A stretch of 19,813 nt of DNA from Opitutales bacterium (GCA_049598495.1 JBMYNR010000024.1:5796-25608), one strand, 5' to 3'. Positions 1 to 10,622 are shown, numbered from the stretch's first letter. Numbers and translations: made by a program. The notes: generated by a model from the letters alone, not told the origin.

Positions 1-121
<121 letters not shown>

Positions 122-134
122 CCGGAGGTGTTTC

Positions 135-704
135 TTGAGAATCACCGGAGGCCTCGCCCGCGGCATCCCGCTGAAAGCACCGAAGGGCGATCACACCCGG
201 CCTGCCACGGACCGCATGCGGGAGGCCGTCTTTTCCAGCCTCGGGGCGAGCCTCGAAGGCTGCAGCGTCGCCGACCTCTTCGCCGGAACCGGCAGCTACG
301 GACTTGAAGCGCTCAGTCGCGGTGCCGCCACTGCCACATTTTTCGAGACCGCCCGGCCCGCGTTGAACTGTCTGCGTGAAAATATTCGAGCAACGCTCCG
401 CAGCTGTGACCTGCCTGCAGATGTTGCCCGAACCGTCGCGCGCGATGTGTTCACGCTCGATGGAAACAGTTCCCGCTACGATCTCATTTTTCTGGATCCA
501 CCCTACGAAATGATCGAGCTGCAGCTGACGAAAGTCTTCGAGCAAACCGTCAACGCCATCGCGACTGACGACGCCCGTGTCCTCGTCGAGCTCCCCGGCA
601 ATCTCGAACCGGAGATCGTGGGCTGGACACGCCTCCGCCGCTTTGGGAAAGCGGGCAAAGACAAACCAACCGTCGCTCTGTTTGAGCGGTCGGGCGCCGC
701 CTAA
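135..704 (+). CDS. rsmD: 16S rRNA m2G966 methyltransferase RsmD
   Basis: [39 protein letters not shown] and IFLDPPY motifs. TTG start at 135 is preceded by GGAGG at 124-128; the ORF-track start at 96 lies inside the repeat. Confidence 0.92.
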   Translation: MRITGGLARGIPLKAPKGDHTRPATDRMREAVFSSLGASLEGCSVADLFAGTGSYGLEALSRGAATATFFETARPALNCLRENIRATLRSCDLPADVARTVARDVFTLDGNSSRYDLIFLDPPYEMIELQLTKVFEQTVNAIATDDARVLVELPGNLEPEIVGWTRLRRFGKAGKDKPTVALFERSGAA

Positions 705-706
705 TT

Positions 707-1129
707 TCAGCTGGCAGCCTTTTTGTAGTCGTAGCCGGGTGTCGCGTAGCTGGGGGCGAACTGAATGATACTGAAGATAGCCACAATCAGGACCGCGATC
801 TGGTTCTGCGGATAATCCGCACCGATCAGGAACAGACTGAAAAAGATGGGGGCTTCCGAGAATGCCAGTCCTACAATAAGCGCTGTCAGTTGCGCCTGAG
901 CTTGCTTGATCTTGGGGATTACCAGCCAACGAATCGCAGTGGCGACGACCAGCGGCCCAAAGCACATCAACCAGAGCCAGACTGCCATCGGTTCGGCGAT
1001 ATTCTCACCCTCGGGAATACCCTTGCCCAGAAACCACTGGTAGATAAAGGCACCCTGAAGGAAGGCGAACCAGATCACCCACATGACAATGGCATGACCC
1101 TTGGAAGACGGCTGTTTACTTTCGCTCAT
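707..1129 (-). CDS. Hypothetical integral membrane protein (~4 TM helices)
   Basis: About 140 aa with four hydrophobic stretches. ATG at 1129 overlaps the polX 3' end, suggesting coupling. Confidence 0.75.
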   Translation of the reverse strand: MSESKQPSSKGHAIVMWVIWFAFLQGAFIYQWFLGKGIPEGENIAEPMAVWLWLMCFGPLVVATAIRWLVIPKIKQAQAQLTALIVGLAFSEAPIFFSLFLIGADYPQNQIAVLIVAIFSIIQFAPSYATPGYDYKKAAS

Positions 1130-2846
1130 CAAACCATCTCGCCACACCGGCACAGTCGCGGCAATTCAAAATCTGTTCTGCCGGGATACCTCCCTTGCGA
1201 GCGATGTTCACACCCGCTTCAAAGTGGCGAAGCCCCTCCGTGTTATGAGCGTCCGGATTGATGGCACACATGAGGCCCCTCCCGACCGCGCGCTGCCAGA
1301 GCCGCCAGTCCATATCGAGCCGATGCGGGTTGGCGTTGATCTCAATGATCACCCGATTCGCGATGGCCGCATCGATAATCTTCTGCAGGTCGATCCTGTA
1401 GGGCTCTCGGCGCAGCAGGATCCGCCCCGTCGGGTGCCCGAGCATAACCGTATTTGGATGCTCGATTGCACGGATCACCCGCGCCGTCATCTCCTCCTCG
1501 GACTGGGTGAAACTTGAGTGCACCGACATCACCGTATAATCCAGCGCCTCCAGTGTGGCGTCTTCCAAATCGAGCGACCCATCGGGCAGGATATCGCATT
1601 CAATCCCTGAAAAAACATGTACCCGAGACTCCCCCGATTCATTAAACGCACGGATCTGCTCGATCATTTTCAAGACCCGCTCGTCATTTAAGCCATTCGC
1701 CTGATAGCTCGCCTTCGAGTGGTCGGCCAGCCCGAGGTAATCAAAGCCCAGCGCAGCCGCCGCTTCGGCCATCTCCTCGACACTCGCCCGCCCGTCTGAT
1801 GCGGTGGTGTGGTTGTGAAAGACCCCCCGTATTTGTTCTGAGGATACAAGAGCGGGCAGAATCTTAGCTTCCGCCCAGTCCAGCTCATGAGTCCCCTCCC
1901 GCAACTCCGGCGGAATCTCCGGCAATCCGAGAAATTCGAACAGCTCCTTTTCTGATCCTATTTCAGCTTTCAGTTTTCCCATTTCAGCTTTCGGAGTGAG
2001 CCCCCATTCGCTCAGGCTGTAGCCTTGCGCGAGAGCTCTCTGCCGCATTGCAACATTATGCTCCTTCGATCCCGTAAAATGATGTAGCGCAAAGGCAAAC
2101 TGCTCTGTAGGAACCACACGAAGGTCCGCCTGCAGCCCTGTGCCGAATCGAACGCTCGATTTTGTAGCGCCATGCGCACTCACCTCCTGAACATCTTCCT
2201 GTGCGACAAACCAATCCATGATCGGCTCGGGATCGGATGAGGCGACAATGAAGTCAAGATCGCCCACGGTTTCTTTCAATCGACGCAGACTCCCCGCAGC
2301 CTCCGCACGCTCCACTTGAGGCAGGGCTCGCAGCCCTTCTAGAATCGGTTCTGCGACTGCACGTGCATTCCACCAGAGATGACGCTTCGCGTAGGCCGCT
2401 CGATTGGCGATCCCCGTTAAGATTTTTTCCTGCGACTTCGCGCCAAAGCCTTTGAGCGCTGCCACCTCATCGTTCTCACACGCCTTCTTCAAAGCATCGA
2501 TACTCTCAACGCCGAGCGCTTCGTGAAGCTTCTTCACCTTTTTCCCGCCCAGGCCGGGGATCTCAAGCATCTCTATCAAGCCCGGGGCAATCGATTCACG
2601 TAGCTTGGTATAGTATTCCAACTCACCCGTTGCATGGAGTGTTTTTATCTTATCCACGAGCGCGGATCCGATTCCTTTGATCGCACCGAGGCGCCCCTCC
2701 TCAATCACATCGGCGAGGTTTTCTTCCATCGTCTCCAGCACGCGCGCGCCTCCCGAGTAAGCGCGGATCTTGAACGGGTTGTCCCCCTTCAACTCAAGGA
2801 GCACAGCAATATCTTCGAGGACGTCTACAATGTCTGCTTTGTTCAT
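1116..2846 (-). CDS. polX: Family X DNA polymerase with C-terminal PHP domain
   Basis: NPFKIRAY, HhH motifs ([13 protein letters not shown]), GSLRR..ETVGDLD and QADLRVV catalytic Asp triad, [12 protein letters not shown] motifs HNHT..SDG, DHS, HPTGR, NPDAH. Confidence 0.95.
   Translation of the reverse strand: MNKADIVDVLEDIAVLLELKGDNPFKIRAYSGGARVLETMEENLADVIEEGRLGAIKGIGSALVDKIKTLHATGELEYYTKLRESIAPGLIEMLEIPGLGGKKVKKLHEALGVESIDALKKACENDEVAALKGFGAKSQEKILTGIANRAAYAKRHLWWNARAVAEPILEGLRALPQVERAEAAGSLRRLKETVGDLDFIVASSDPEPIMDWFVAQEDVQEVSAHGATKSSVRFGTGLQADLRVVPTEQFAFALHHFTGSKEHNVAMRQRALAQGYSLSEWGLTPKAEMGKLKAEIGSEKELFEFLGLPEIPPELREGTHELDWAEAKILPALVSSEQIRGVFHNHTTASDGRASVEEMAEAAAALGFDYLGLADHSKASYQANGLNDERVLKMIEQIRAFNESGESRVHVFSGIECDILPDGSLDLEDATLEALDYTVMSVHSSFTQSEEEMTARVIRAIEHPNTVMLGHPTGRILLRREPYRIDLQKIIDAAIANRVIIEINANPHRLDMDWRLWQRAVGRGLMCAINPDAHNTEGLRHFEAGVNIARKGGIPAEQILNCRDCAGVARWFDERK
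1961..1995. repeat. Degenerate heptamer array (TTTCAGC-like x5) inside polX
   Basis: TTTCAGC TTTCAGT TTTCCCA TTTCAGC TTTCGGA; translated within [13 protein letters not shown]. Confidence 0.7.
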
Positions 2847-2884
2847 TCGCTACTACGATGCGACCTGGCTTAAAGATGACAAGC

Positions 2885-3024
2885 GTAGGGGCGTTCCTTG
2901 GGACGCCCGCCGTGCGGTCCTTCACATCTTCAGCGGGCGCCGCAAGCGACGCCCCTACGTTTTCCCGATCTACATTCCCCAATCTCGATTCGTCTTGACC
3001 CGGCGCCGCGAGCAACGCCCCTAC
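2885..3024. repeat. 140-bp REP block (family A, GTAGGGGCG..), copy downstream of the RAYT
   Basis: GTAGGGGCGTTCC..GGGACGCCCG unit, then an inverted unit ending GACGCCCCTAC (2958), then a third unit ending AACGCCCCTAC (3024). Ungapped direct repeat of 3571-3710 with 17 mismatches by hand count. Confidence 0.93.
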
Positions 3025-3570
3025 GGTTTTAGATCCTTTTCGATCAAATCTTCGGTGAGCACATCGGCTTCGGTCAACCACTCTTGGGGAGGCCCGCCGG
3101 CAGCATTGAGATGCGAAAAAAACTCGGGCCGGTAGTCATCGCTCAAGTTCCAATACGGCCATGGCTCCTCACACCGAAGCAGGGACTTTCGATAGGGGTT
3201 CAAATAAATATACCGCGCAAAGCCTTCCATCGAATCATCTGTCCGCAGTCGATGGTCGTAGAAATCGCGTTGCCACTTAAGCCCCTCAATGGCGAGGGCT
3301 TCTTTGGTTTTTGCCTTAAACTTCGAAATGCACTTTCCCAAACTCAGTCGCTCACCGAGAGTCAAAAGAAGATGTATATGATCCGGCATCAGCGTGCCGC
3401 ATTCTAAGATGTAATCTTTTTCGACCTCCTGATGCTTCCATACACCGAGGATGGCATTAGCCACCGCTTTGGTTAACAAACTCTGCTCCCGATCCTTCAA
3501 ACAGAGCGTAACAAAGTAGCGAGCTTGGGGAATGGACACACGCCCCAGATAAAGACGGCCTGTCTCTCTT
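3021..3570 (-). mobile_element. REP-associated tyrosine transposase (RAYT / TnpA-REP, Y1 HUH) domain
   Basis: GRVSIP.ARYFVTLC, MPDHIH (HUH), WQRDFYDH, and YIYLNP (catalytic Tyr + NP). Flanked on both sides by GTAG-REPs. Possible independent GTG start at 3611. Confidence 0.92.
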
Positions 3571-4877
3571 GTAGGGGCGTTCCTCGGGACGCCCGCAGTC
3601 TGGTCCTTCACATCTTCAGCGGGCGCCGCAAGCGATGCCCCTGCGGGATATCGAGCTACATTCCCAAATCTCGATCCGTCTTGTCCCAGCGCCGCAAGCG
3701 ACGCCCCTACGTTTTGCAGCTTCGCAGGAATCGCGTCCACCTGGATCAACTTTTTGGGGATCTTGTGAGGAGCCAGAATGCCTGAAAGGCGAAGCTTACA
3801 CACAGCCTGATCGATCAACCGATTGCCTGTGTAAAATGCCACGACGGCCTGCCCCCAATCCTCGTCGGCCTCGCCAACAACAAGCGTCTCTTCAACGCCC
3901 TCAATTTCAAGAAGCGCCGCCTCCACCTCGCCGGGATCGACTTTCTCCCCTCCCGTAATGATCAAGCGGTCTGCCCGGCCGTCGACATGCAAACGGCCAT
4001 TCCCGTCGATTCGACCGAGATCATCCGCGACATAGCCATCGGAGAGCTCGGGCTCGCTGCGACCCTGGTATCCCCGAAATAATGCACTGCCACGGATGCG
4101 TATGCGCCCGTTCTGTTCGATCGAAAATTGCGCATCGCCGAGGGGAACCGCACCCGCCGACGGGTTGCTAAGAAAGTCCGCGTTCGGGATGGCTGCAATC
4201 ATGGCAGCGGTTTCCGTCATGCCGTAGACCGGAACGACCGGGAGCCTGAGGCGCCGAGCCTCTTGAGCGAGGCCCTCCGGCATCGGAGCGCCACCGACAA
4301 ATATGGCGCTAGCAGTATTCAAATTTTGGATACTTACATCATCCTGAAGCGCACGCTGCAACTGAGTCGGCACGAGCGATAGGCAGCGACCGTCGACCGC
4401 ATCCTGATGGAACCGGATGGTTCCACCTGACACGAAGCTGCGAATCAGCTGCATCAGTCCGCTCACATGATAGAGCGGCAGCACGCAGGCTGAATGGATC
4501 GGCCCTCCGCCGAGGAATCCCTGAGTCGCACGTGCGGCGGCCGAGAGACTGGCCCAGTCGTGGATCGCGAGTTTTACCCCGCCTGTCGTGCCCCCGGTTG
4601 GTATTAGGATGGCGCCCGGCTCCGGCGTCTCCAGCGCCATGAGTGTTTCGAACTCGTCGATTTCCTGCGCAGCCCAATTCGGGTTTGGCAGAACGATCGA
4701 CTGGCCCCCGAAGAGTCCTGCGAAGAACTCGACGGCAAAATCGATTGGTTCCGTTGTGCGGATGAGCAAGGGCCCCGCACCGAGCCCGGCACATCGGGCT
4801 TCGACGCGGGCATGGAGGACCTCGCCGGAGATTCCTTCAATCCAGTCGCGCCGCAGCAGCTCTATATCAAATTCCAT
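3021..4877 (-). CDS. menE: In-frame fusion: o-succinylbenzoate-CoA ligase-like ANL enzyme (MenE) + translated REP linker + RAYT transposase
   Basis: The first ~389 aa carry PTGGTTGGVK, LPLYHVSGL, YGMTET, DDLG and GRADRLIITGGEKVDPGEVE, and the gene overlaps menC. About 47 aa are encoded by the REP block, followed by a ~182 aa HUH transposase. No stop codon in between. Confidence 0.85.
   Translation of the reverse strand: MEFDIELLRRDWIEGISGEVLHARVEARCAGLGAGPLLIRTTEPIDFAVEFFAGLFGGQSIVLPNPNWAAQEIDEFETLMALETPEPGAILIPTGGTTGGVKLAIHDWASLSAAARATQGFLGGGPIHSACVLPLYHVSGLMQLIRSFVSGGTIRFHQDAVDGRCLSLVPTQLQRALQDDVSIQNLNTASAIFVGGAPMPEGLAQEARRLRLPVVPVYGMTETAAMIAAIPNADFLSNPSAGAVPLGDAQFSIEQNGRIRIRGSALFRGYQGRSEPELSDGYVADDLGRIDGNGRLHVDGRADRLIITGGEKVDPGEVEAALLEIEGVEETLVVGEADEDWGQAVVAFYTGNRLIDQAVCKLRLSGILAPHKIPKKLIQVDAIPAKLQNVGASLAALGQDGSRFGNVARYPAGASLAAPAEDVKDQTAGVPRNAPTRETGRLYLGRVSIPQARYFVTLCLKDREQSLLTKAVANAILGVWKHQEVEKDYILECGTLMPDHIHLLLTLGERLSLGKCISKFKAKTKEALAIEGLKWQRDFYDHRLRTDDSMEGFARYIYLNPYRKSLLRCEEPWPYWNLSDDYRPEFFSHLNAAGGPPQEWLTEADVLTEDLIEKDLKP
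3571..3710. repeat. 140-bp REP block (family A), copy upstream of the RAYT, translated as the MenE-RAYT linker
   Basis: Same three-unit layout as 2885-3024. Encodes VGASLAALGQDGSRFGNVARYPAGASLAAPAEDVKDQTAGVPRNAPT. Confidence 0.93.
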
Positions 4878-5878
4878 AGGTCCTCAACACTGTAACTAAG
4901 TCGATCCACCGCGCGAATGATGGGCGCGTTTTCAATCGGCTGGAGTCCGTCCTCGAAGGCATTGAGTGTATCGAACCCGACTGGCCGGCTGAGCCCGGGA
5001 AGTGCATCCGCCAGGGACAGGGCATTGGATAGTCCGATCCCCGTCTCAAAGACGGAGGAGATCACGACCTGCTCAGCGAGGGGTCTCAAGCGCTCGCAGA
5101 GCTCTGAAATGTCTCCCATCAACGGGGCCTTGATCACGAGCGGCCCGGGCCAGGCATCCGCCTCGAGCCATTGCACGCCTTTTGTCCCGTTGAGCGATTC
5201 ATCCAGGGCGATCGGAATACCCGTATCACTCATGCACTCGGCCATGCGCGCCTCCTCGCCCACCGCCAGGGGCTGCTCAAGATAGTCCAGTTGCTCACGG
5301 TGCTCCGAGAGAAACTCCACCCAGCCCTTCAATTCCTCCGAAGCGAGGCTCGCGTTCGCATCCAAACGCAGCTTCACCCCCGTCGGCAAGGAGCGGAAGA
5401 GCTGTGCCGCATGCTCGAGCTCGACCTTGAGCGACTCGACACCGATCTTCCATTTCAGGCAGCGATAGCCCGATGCCATCTTCTGGGCGGCGATCGCATG
5501 CACGGCGGAACCCGCCGGAAGTAATGCGGAAACTTCATAATCTTTGGTAGGGACGGCTGCCCTCAGCCGTCCACGACTTTGAGCGGACGCTTGAGGACGA
5601 ACGTCCCTACCTGCAGCGGAGAGTGCAAAGGCGCAACAAGGGTGGTCTGCCGGCACAGCTAAATCAGGCTCGAGAACCAGCTCCTCCAGAAACGCGCCTG
5701 CGGAATCAACCGTCTCGGTAGCAAACTCCGGGATCGGTGCCACCTCGCCGTAGCCGATCTGCCCGTCTTCTTCGACCCGAACAACATAGCCTTCCCGAAC
5801 CGACCATTCACCAAGAGCTGTCTTCAGCGGACGCTTAAATCTGCGCCGGTAGGATTTCACTGCGATTTGGCGGGGCAT
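4862..5878 (-). CDS. menC: o-succinylbenzoate synthase (enolase superfamily)
   Basis: GYGEVAPIP, KWKIG (KxK), LRLDAN, YLEQPL, IALDES and VISSVFETGIG motifs; directly upstream of menE. ATG at 5878 is preferred because the 5938 start lies in a REP. Confidence 0.9.
   Translation of the reverse strand: MPRQIAVKSYRRRFKRPLKTALGEWSVREGYVVRVEEDGQIGYGEVAPIPEFATETVDSAGAFLEELVLEPDLAVPADHPCCAFALSAAGRDVRPQASAQSRGRLRAAVPTKDYEVSALLPAGSAVHAIAAQKMASGYRCLKWKIGVESLKVELEHAAQLFRSLPTGVKLRLDANASLASEELKGWVEFLSEHREQLDYLEQPLAVGEEARMAECMSDTGIPIALDESLNGTKGVQWLEADAWPGPLVIKAPLMGDISELCERLRPLAEQVVISSVFETGIGLSNALSLADALPGLSRPVGFDTLNAFEDGLQPIENAPIIRAVDRLSYSVEDLWNLI
5546..5611. repeat. REP doublet (family B, GTAGGGACG..) in frame inside menC
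   Basis: GGTAGGGACG ... CGTCCCTACC 10-bp terminal inverted repeat, with internal hairpin GGACGGCTG-CCCT-CAGCCGTCC. 66 bp = 22 codons. Confidence 0.85.
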
Positions 5879-5898
5879 TTCAGTCCGTTTTACCAAAA

Positions 5899-5974
5899 GT
5901 AGGGGTGTCGCTTGCGGCACCCGCCATATGCAAAGCACCTATCATGACTCGGGCGTTGCAAGCAACGCCCCTAC
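5899..5974. repeat. REP doublet (REPIN), family A
   Basis: GTAGGGGTGTCGCTTGCGGCACCCG ... CGGGCGTTGCAAGCAACGCCCCTAC between divergent menC and guaB. Confidence 0.9.
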
Positions 5975-6073
5975 GGCCACCGCATGGGGCAACCATTGTT
6001 TTGCTAGTAATCATTTCGGCAGACACAGTCATTTCCTACTTGAGAAAAGACAATCTTTTGCTGTAGTCGGAAC

Positions 6074-7648
6074 ATGAAAGCACCTCGAATCGAAGACTAC
6101 TATCAGACTGCGGATCTGTTCTTCCAGCACAACTTGCCCGTTGGCTTGACTTACGACGATGTTTCGTTGGCCACGCTCTACTCTGAAGTGCTCCCCCGCC
6201 AGACCAACTTGGCCACCCGGCTCTCGAGCTCGCTCGAGCTGCAGATCCCGATCATCTCATCCGACATGGATACGGTGACGGAATCCAAAATGGCCATCCA
6301 AATGGCGCTCAACGGAGGCCTCGGCCTCATTCACTACAACATGAGCGATGAGAAACAGGTGCGCGAAGTCGCCCGGGTGAAGAACCACATTCACGGCTTC
6401 ATTCAGGAACCGATCAAAGTTCAACCCGAACAGAAGATCGGCGAAGTTATCGACCGCATCGCCGACCGTGGTTATGGATTCAGCACCTTCCCGGTGGTTG
6501 ACGACCAAGGCCATCTGCTCGGCCTACTTCCGGGCCGCGTGGTCAAGGCCCGCTACGCCGAGCGCCTTGTCTCCGAGGCCATGTCTCCCCGCGACCAAGT
6601 CTACACCCTCAGAGAGACCGAGATTAAGCACAACCCTATCAAGACTGCTGACCAGTTCTTCACGGATCATCTCGGCATCCATAAGCTCTTGGTCGTCGAC
6701 GATGAGGACCGCCTTCGTGGTCTATTCACCCTCTCCGATATCGAGCGTATCGAGGCGGAATCTCAGCAGTCAGTAAAGCCCGCTCGAGATAGTGAGTTTC
6801 GCCTCATGTGCGGCGCCGCGATTTCCGCCCACCGCAAGCCCGATGGCGAACTCGACCGCGATCGCATCCTCAAACATGTCGGTCAACTCGTCGATGAGGG
6901 GGTGGATGCTGTGGCCGTCTCAACTGCTCACGGTTTCTCCAAGGGCGTCGGCGATGCGATCCGTATGCTTCGAAACGAATTCAAAGACCTCACCCTGATC
7001 GCCGGCAACGTCACTAGCGCCGAAGGTGTCGAGTTTCTGGCCGATGCCGGTGCCAACACCATAAAGATCGGACAAGGCCCCGGATCGATCTGCACCACCC
7101 GCGTCGTCGCCGGGGTCGGCATCCCGCAGATGACCGCCCTCCACTGCGCCTCCATTGCTGCCCGAAAGAAGGGTGTGACCACGCTGGCTGACGGAGGAAT
7201 TACCAAATCCGGAGATATGGTCAAAGCGCTCACCCTCGCGGATGGCGTCATGTGCGGCAGCCTCCTCGCAGGATGCAACGAAGCCCCCGGGCAAATCATC
7301 GAAATTAACGGCAAACTTTATAAACAATACCGCGGCATGGGCAGCAACGCTGCCATGAAAGACGGTTCCGCCGCCCGCTACGGGCACGACCGTAAGGATG
7401 TGGCCACCAAGGCCGCGGCCGAAGGCATCGAAGCCCTCAAGGAAGCCGCGGGATCCCTGAGTGGCGTACTCCGCGAACTCGTTGGCGGAATTCAATCCGG
7501 CATGGGCTATCTCGGCGCCGCGAATCTTAAGGAGCTGCGCGCCAATGCCAGATACATCCGTGTTAGCCCTGCAGGTCAACGTGAGTCCGCACCTCACGAT
7601 GTCATCACCGTGAAGACGAGTGACCTATCCGGTGACGCGGCGAAATGA
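6074..7648 (+). CDS. guaB: IMP dehydrogenase with CBS pair
   Basis: [36 protein letters not shown] (catalytic Cys), [30 protein letters not shown]. Confidence 0.97.
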   Translation: MKAPRIEDYYQTADLFFQHNLPVGLTYDDVSLATLYSEVLPRQTNLATRLSSSLELQIPIISSDMDTVTESKMAIQMALNGGLGLIHYNMSDEKQVREVARVKNHIHGFIQEPIKVQPEQKIGEVIDRIADRGYGFSTFPVVDDQGHLLGLLPGRVVKARYAERLVSEAMSPRDQVYTLRETEIKHNPIKTADQFFTDHLGIHKLLVVDDEDRLRGLFTLSDIERIEAESQQSVKPARDSEFRLMCGAAISAHRKPDGELDRDRILKHVGQLVDEGVDAVAVSTAHGFSKGVGDAIRMLRNEFKDLTLIAGNVTSAEGVEFLADAGANTIKIGQGPGSICTTRVVAGVGIPQMTALHCASIAARKKGVTTLADGGITKSGDMVKALTLADGVMCGSLLAGCNEAPGQIIEINGKLYKQYRGMGSNAAMKDGSAARYGHDRKDVATKAAAEGIEALKEAAGSLSGVLRELVGGIQSGMGYLGAANLKELRANARYIRVSPAGQRESAPHDVITVKTSDLSGDAAK

Positions 7649-7736
7649 CCGTTCTCGAAAATATCATTTCTATACAGATTCCTGCTAGACATGAGAAAAG
7701 CTCCTGTGTTGGGCGTTTTTGTAACGCGAATCCCCC

Positions 7737-8141
7737 AGGCAGTGTCTGGAAATAGACTTAAATCAGGTGTAACCACGGCACTCCGTTGCCGTGTCAGCAT
7801 GCACGAACGCCTCAACAGATCCGTCTTCGCTCTGCGAGCTACGCCGAGACATAATGAGGCGGCTACATCCCTAGTCTATTTCAAATGAATTCCAGAGCGC
7901 TTGAAAGTCTTGGGCGGGGATCTTTTTATCACGGAGGCACATCCACGTGAGGATTACAGAAGCAGTCGCTTGATTCTATTTTTCAGGACAGGCACATTGA
8001 GTTTCATAAGGAGTCCCACTCGACACTCCATGAGCTTCATTCTTCGTGCGTGCACGGGCTCCCGCTCGCAACAGCACGAGCCGCCTTGTTCAAGCGAGTT
8101 TCGGGAATTGTCAGCTTTGCCTTTATTCCCAGACACTGCCT
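7737..8141. mobile_element. MITE-like element / IS remnant with 18-bp terminal inverted repeats
   Basis: AGGCAGTGTCTGGAAATA (7737-7754) versus TATTCCCAGACACTGCCT (8124-8141): 17/18 inverted match. Interior is lower in GC with no recognisable transposase. Confidence 0.6.
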
Positions 8142-8280
8142 AGCCACTCTCCCCTAGTTCCACAAGAAGGCGCTCGAGCAATTTCGGAATCGTTAAATCC
8201 AGTTCCTCCGCCATGAGTGAGAGTTTCCGGTAGGTTGCTTCCTCCACATCGAGGGAGACCTGAGCCTTCGTAGTATTCAT
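8140..8280 (-). CDS. Small ribbon-helix-helix-like protein (46 aa)
   Basis: MNTTKAQVSLDVEEATYRKLSLMAEELDLTIPKLLERLL: alternating beta-strand, helix, 'A...DLT' turn, second helix. ATG at 8280. Confidence 0.6.
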   Translation of the reverse strand: MNTTKAQVSLDVEEATYRKLSLMAEELDLTIPKLLERLLVELGESG

Positions 8281-8437
8281 TGTGTTTTCTGTGTCCCGCA
8301 TACAATAATTCGGTATATTTTCTAGAGATATTAACTTCGACAAGCTTATAGTCACCGTTTCTGTCATTTGACTCATACTGTATATCGAATTGACTACGGT
8401 GTTGATATTCCCCCCCCCTTGTAACACGAGTGCAACT

Positions 8438-8629
8438 ATGACTAAAAAGCAGATCAACTGCTGGATTCCCGAAGAAGCCTACGCGAAGATTGAAGAACGT
8501 GCCAAGCGCATGGGCATGAAGATCTCCTCCTACGGCTCTCTGATCCTGGACGAATGGGCGACCAAAGACGAACCTTTGACTCCCATCGAGAAGGAACTAG
8601 CCATGCTCAAAAAGAGCAAGCGCGGCTAA
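8438..8629 (+). CDS. Small ribbon-helix-helix-like protein (63 aa)
   Basis: MTKKQINCWIPEEAYAKIEERAKRMGMKISSYGSLILDEW fits the RHH pattern (strand, P-E-E helix, A...G.x.S turn). Codon usage resembles host genes. ATG at 8438. Confidence 0.72.
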   Translation: MTKKQINCWIPEEAYAKIEERAKRMGMKISSYGSLILDEWATKDEPLTPIEKELAMLKKSKRG

Positions 8630-8755
8630 TCGCCCCCTCAGGCCCCAGACCACCTCGAAGAAGCTTTCGCCTGTTTGAGTTCGGGCGTGCTCGCCTAGCG
8701 CGCCGCTCGGCAAGGGATTCCGCATGCCCAGAGCATCTGGATTGTCTGTAAGTTT

Positions 8756-8848
8756 CGTCGACGCATGAAGGGTTCCGAACAAGCGGAAGCGCCTGTCCGT
8801 CGACCTTGCTGGCGCAAGGTCGCTACCTCGTGCCGTGTGTCGCGATGC
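8756..8848 (-). repeat. ~95-bp GTAG-REP unit (family C)
   Basis: Reverse complement reads ..GTAGCGACCTTGCGCCAGCAAGGTCGACGGACAGGCGC..AACCCTTCATGCGTCGACG, homologous to the tandem copies at 19644-19813. Confidence 0.85.
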
Positions 8849-9071
8849 AGCGGCAGATTGGATCCACCCTCTGTTTCTCTGCCATCCCACGACTGCCGCC
8901 CGGCATATCAGCTCAGGCTCGCTTCTAACCTGCGTCCCTGAAATCGTGTTGCGCGATGCCGGGGTCGATCGTTTCCTCGCGACTTTGCTCAGGGCTGGAT
9001 TCTAGACTCGCTCAACGGGCCGGAGTCATCATTTCATAGACAAGTCTGCTGTTTTAAGCTTTTCAACATAC

Positions 9072-10622
<1,551 letters not shown>

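Noticed and set aside
2794..3135. ORFs 2794-3081(-) and 2770-3135(+) resembling the MenE-RAYT linker
   Set aside because: The similarity simply reflects translation of the second REP block; they overlap real genes.
3021..3570. IS200/IS605 insertion sequence
   Set aside because: There is no tnpB, and the flanks are multi-copy GTAG-REPs also dispersed elsewhere; the WQ..FYDH and Y..NP pattern fits RAYT better.
7954..8136. 60-aa ORF with CCC directly after the small RHH-like gene (possible toxin partner)
   Set aside because: It starts inside the terminal inverted repeat of the MITE-like element and has no recognisable motif; probably spurious. The same applies to 7691-7888 and 7901-8143.
8410..8418. 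C9 homopolymer as a phase-variation switch
   Set aside because: No convincing -35/-10 pair brackets it, and there is no evidence of length variation without reads.
8850..9071. Possible purine or ZTP riboswitch upstream of purA (stem CCCGGCAT 8899-8906 / ATGCCGGG 8956-8963)
   Set aside because: I could not match the conserved cores of purine or ZMP/ZTP riboswitches, and GC-rich stems arise by chance. An Rfam/Infernal scan would settle it.
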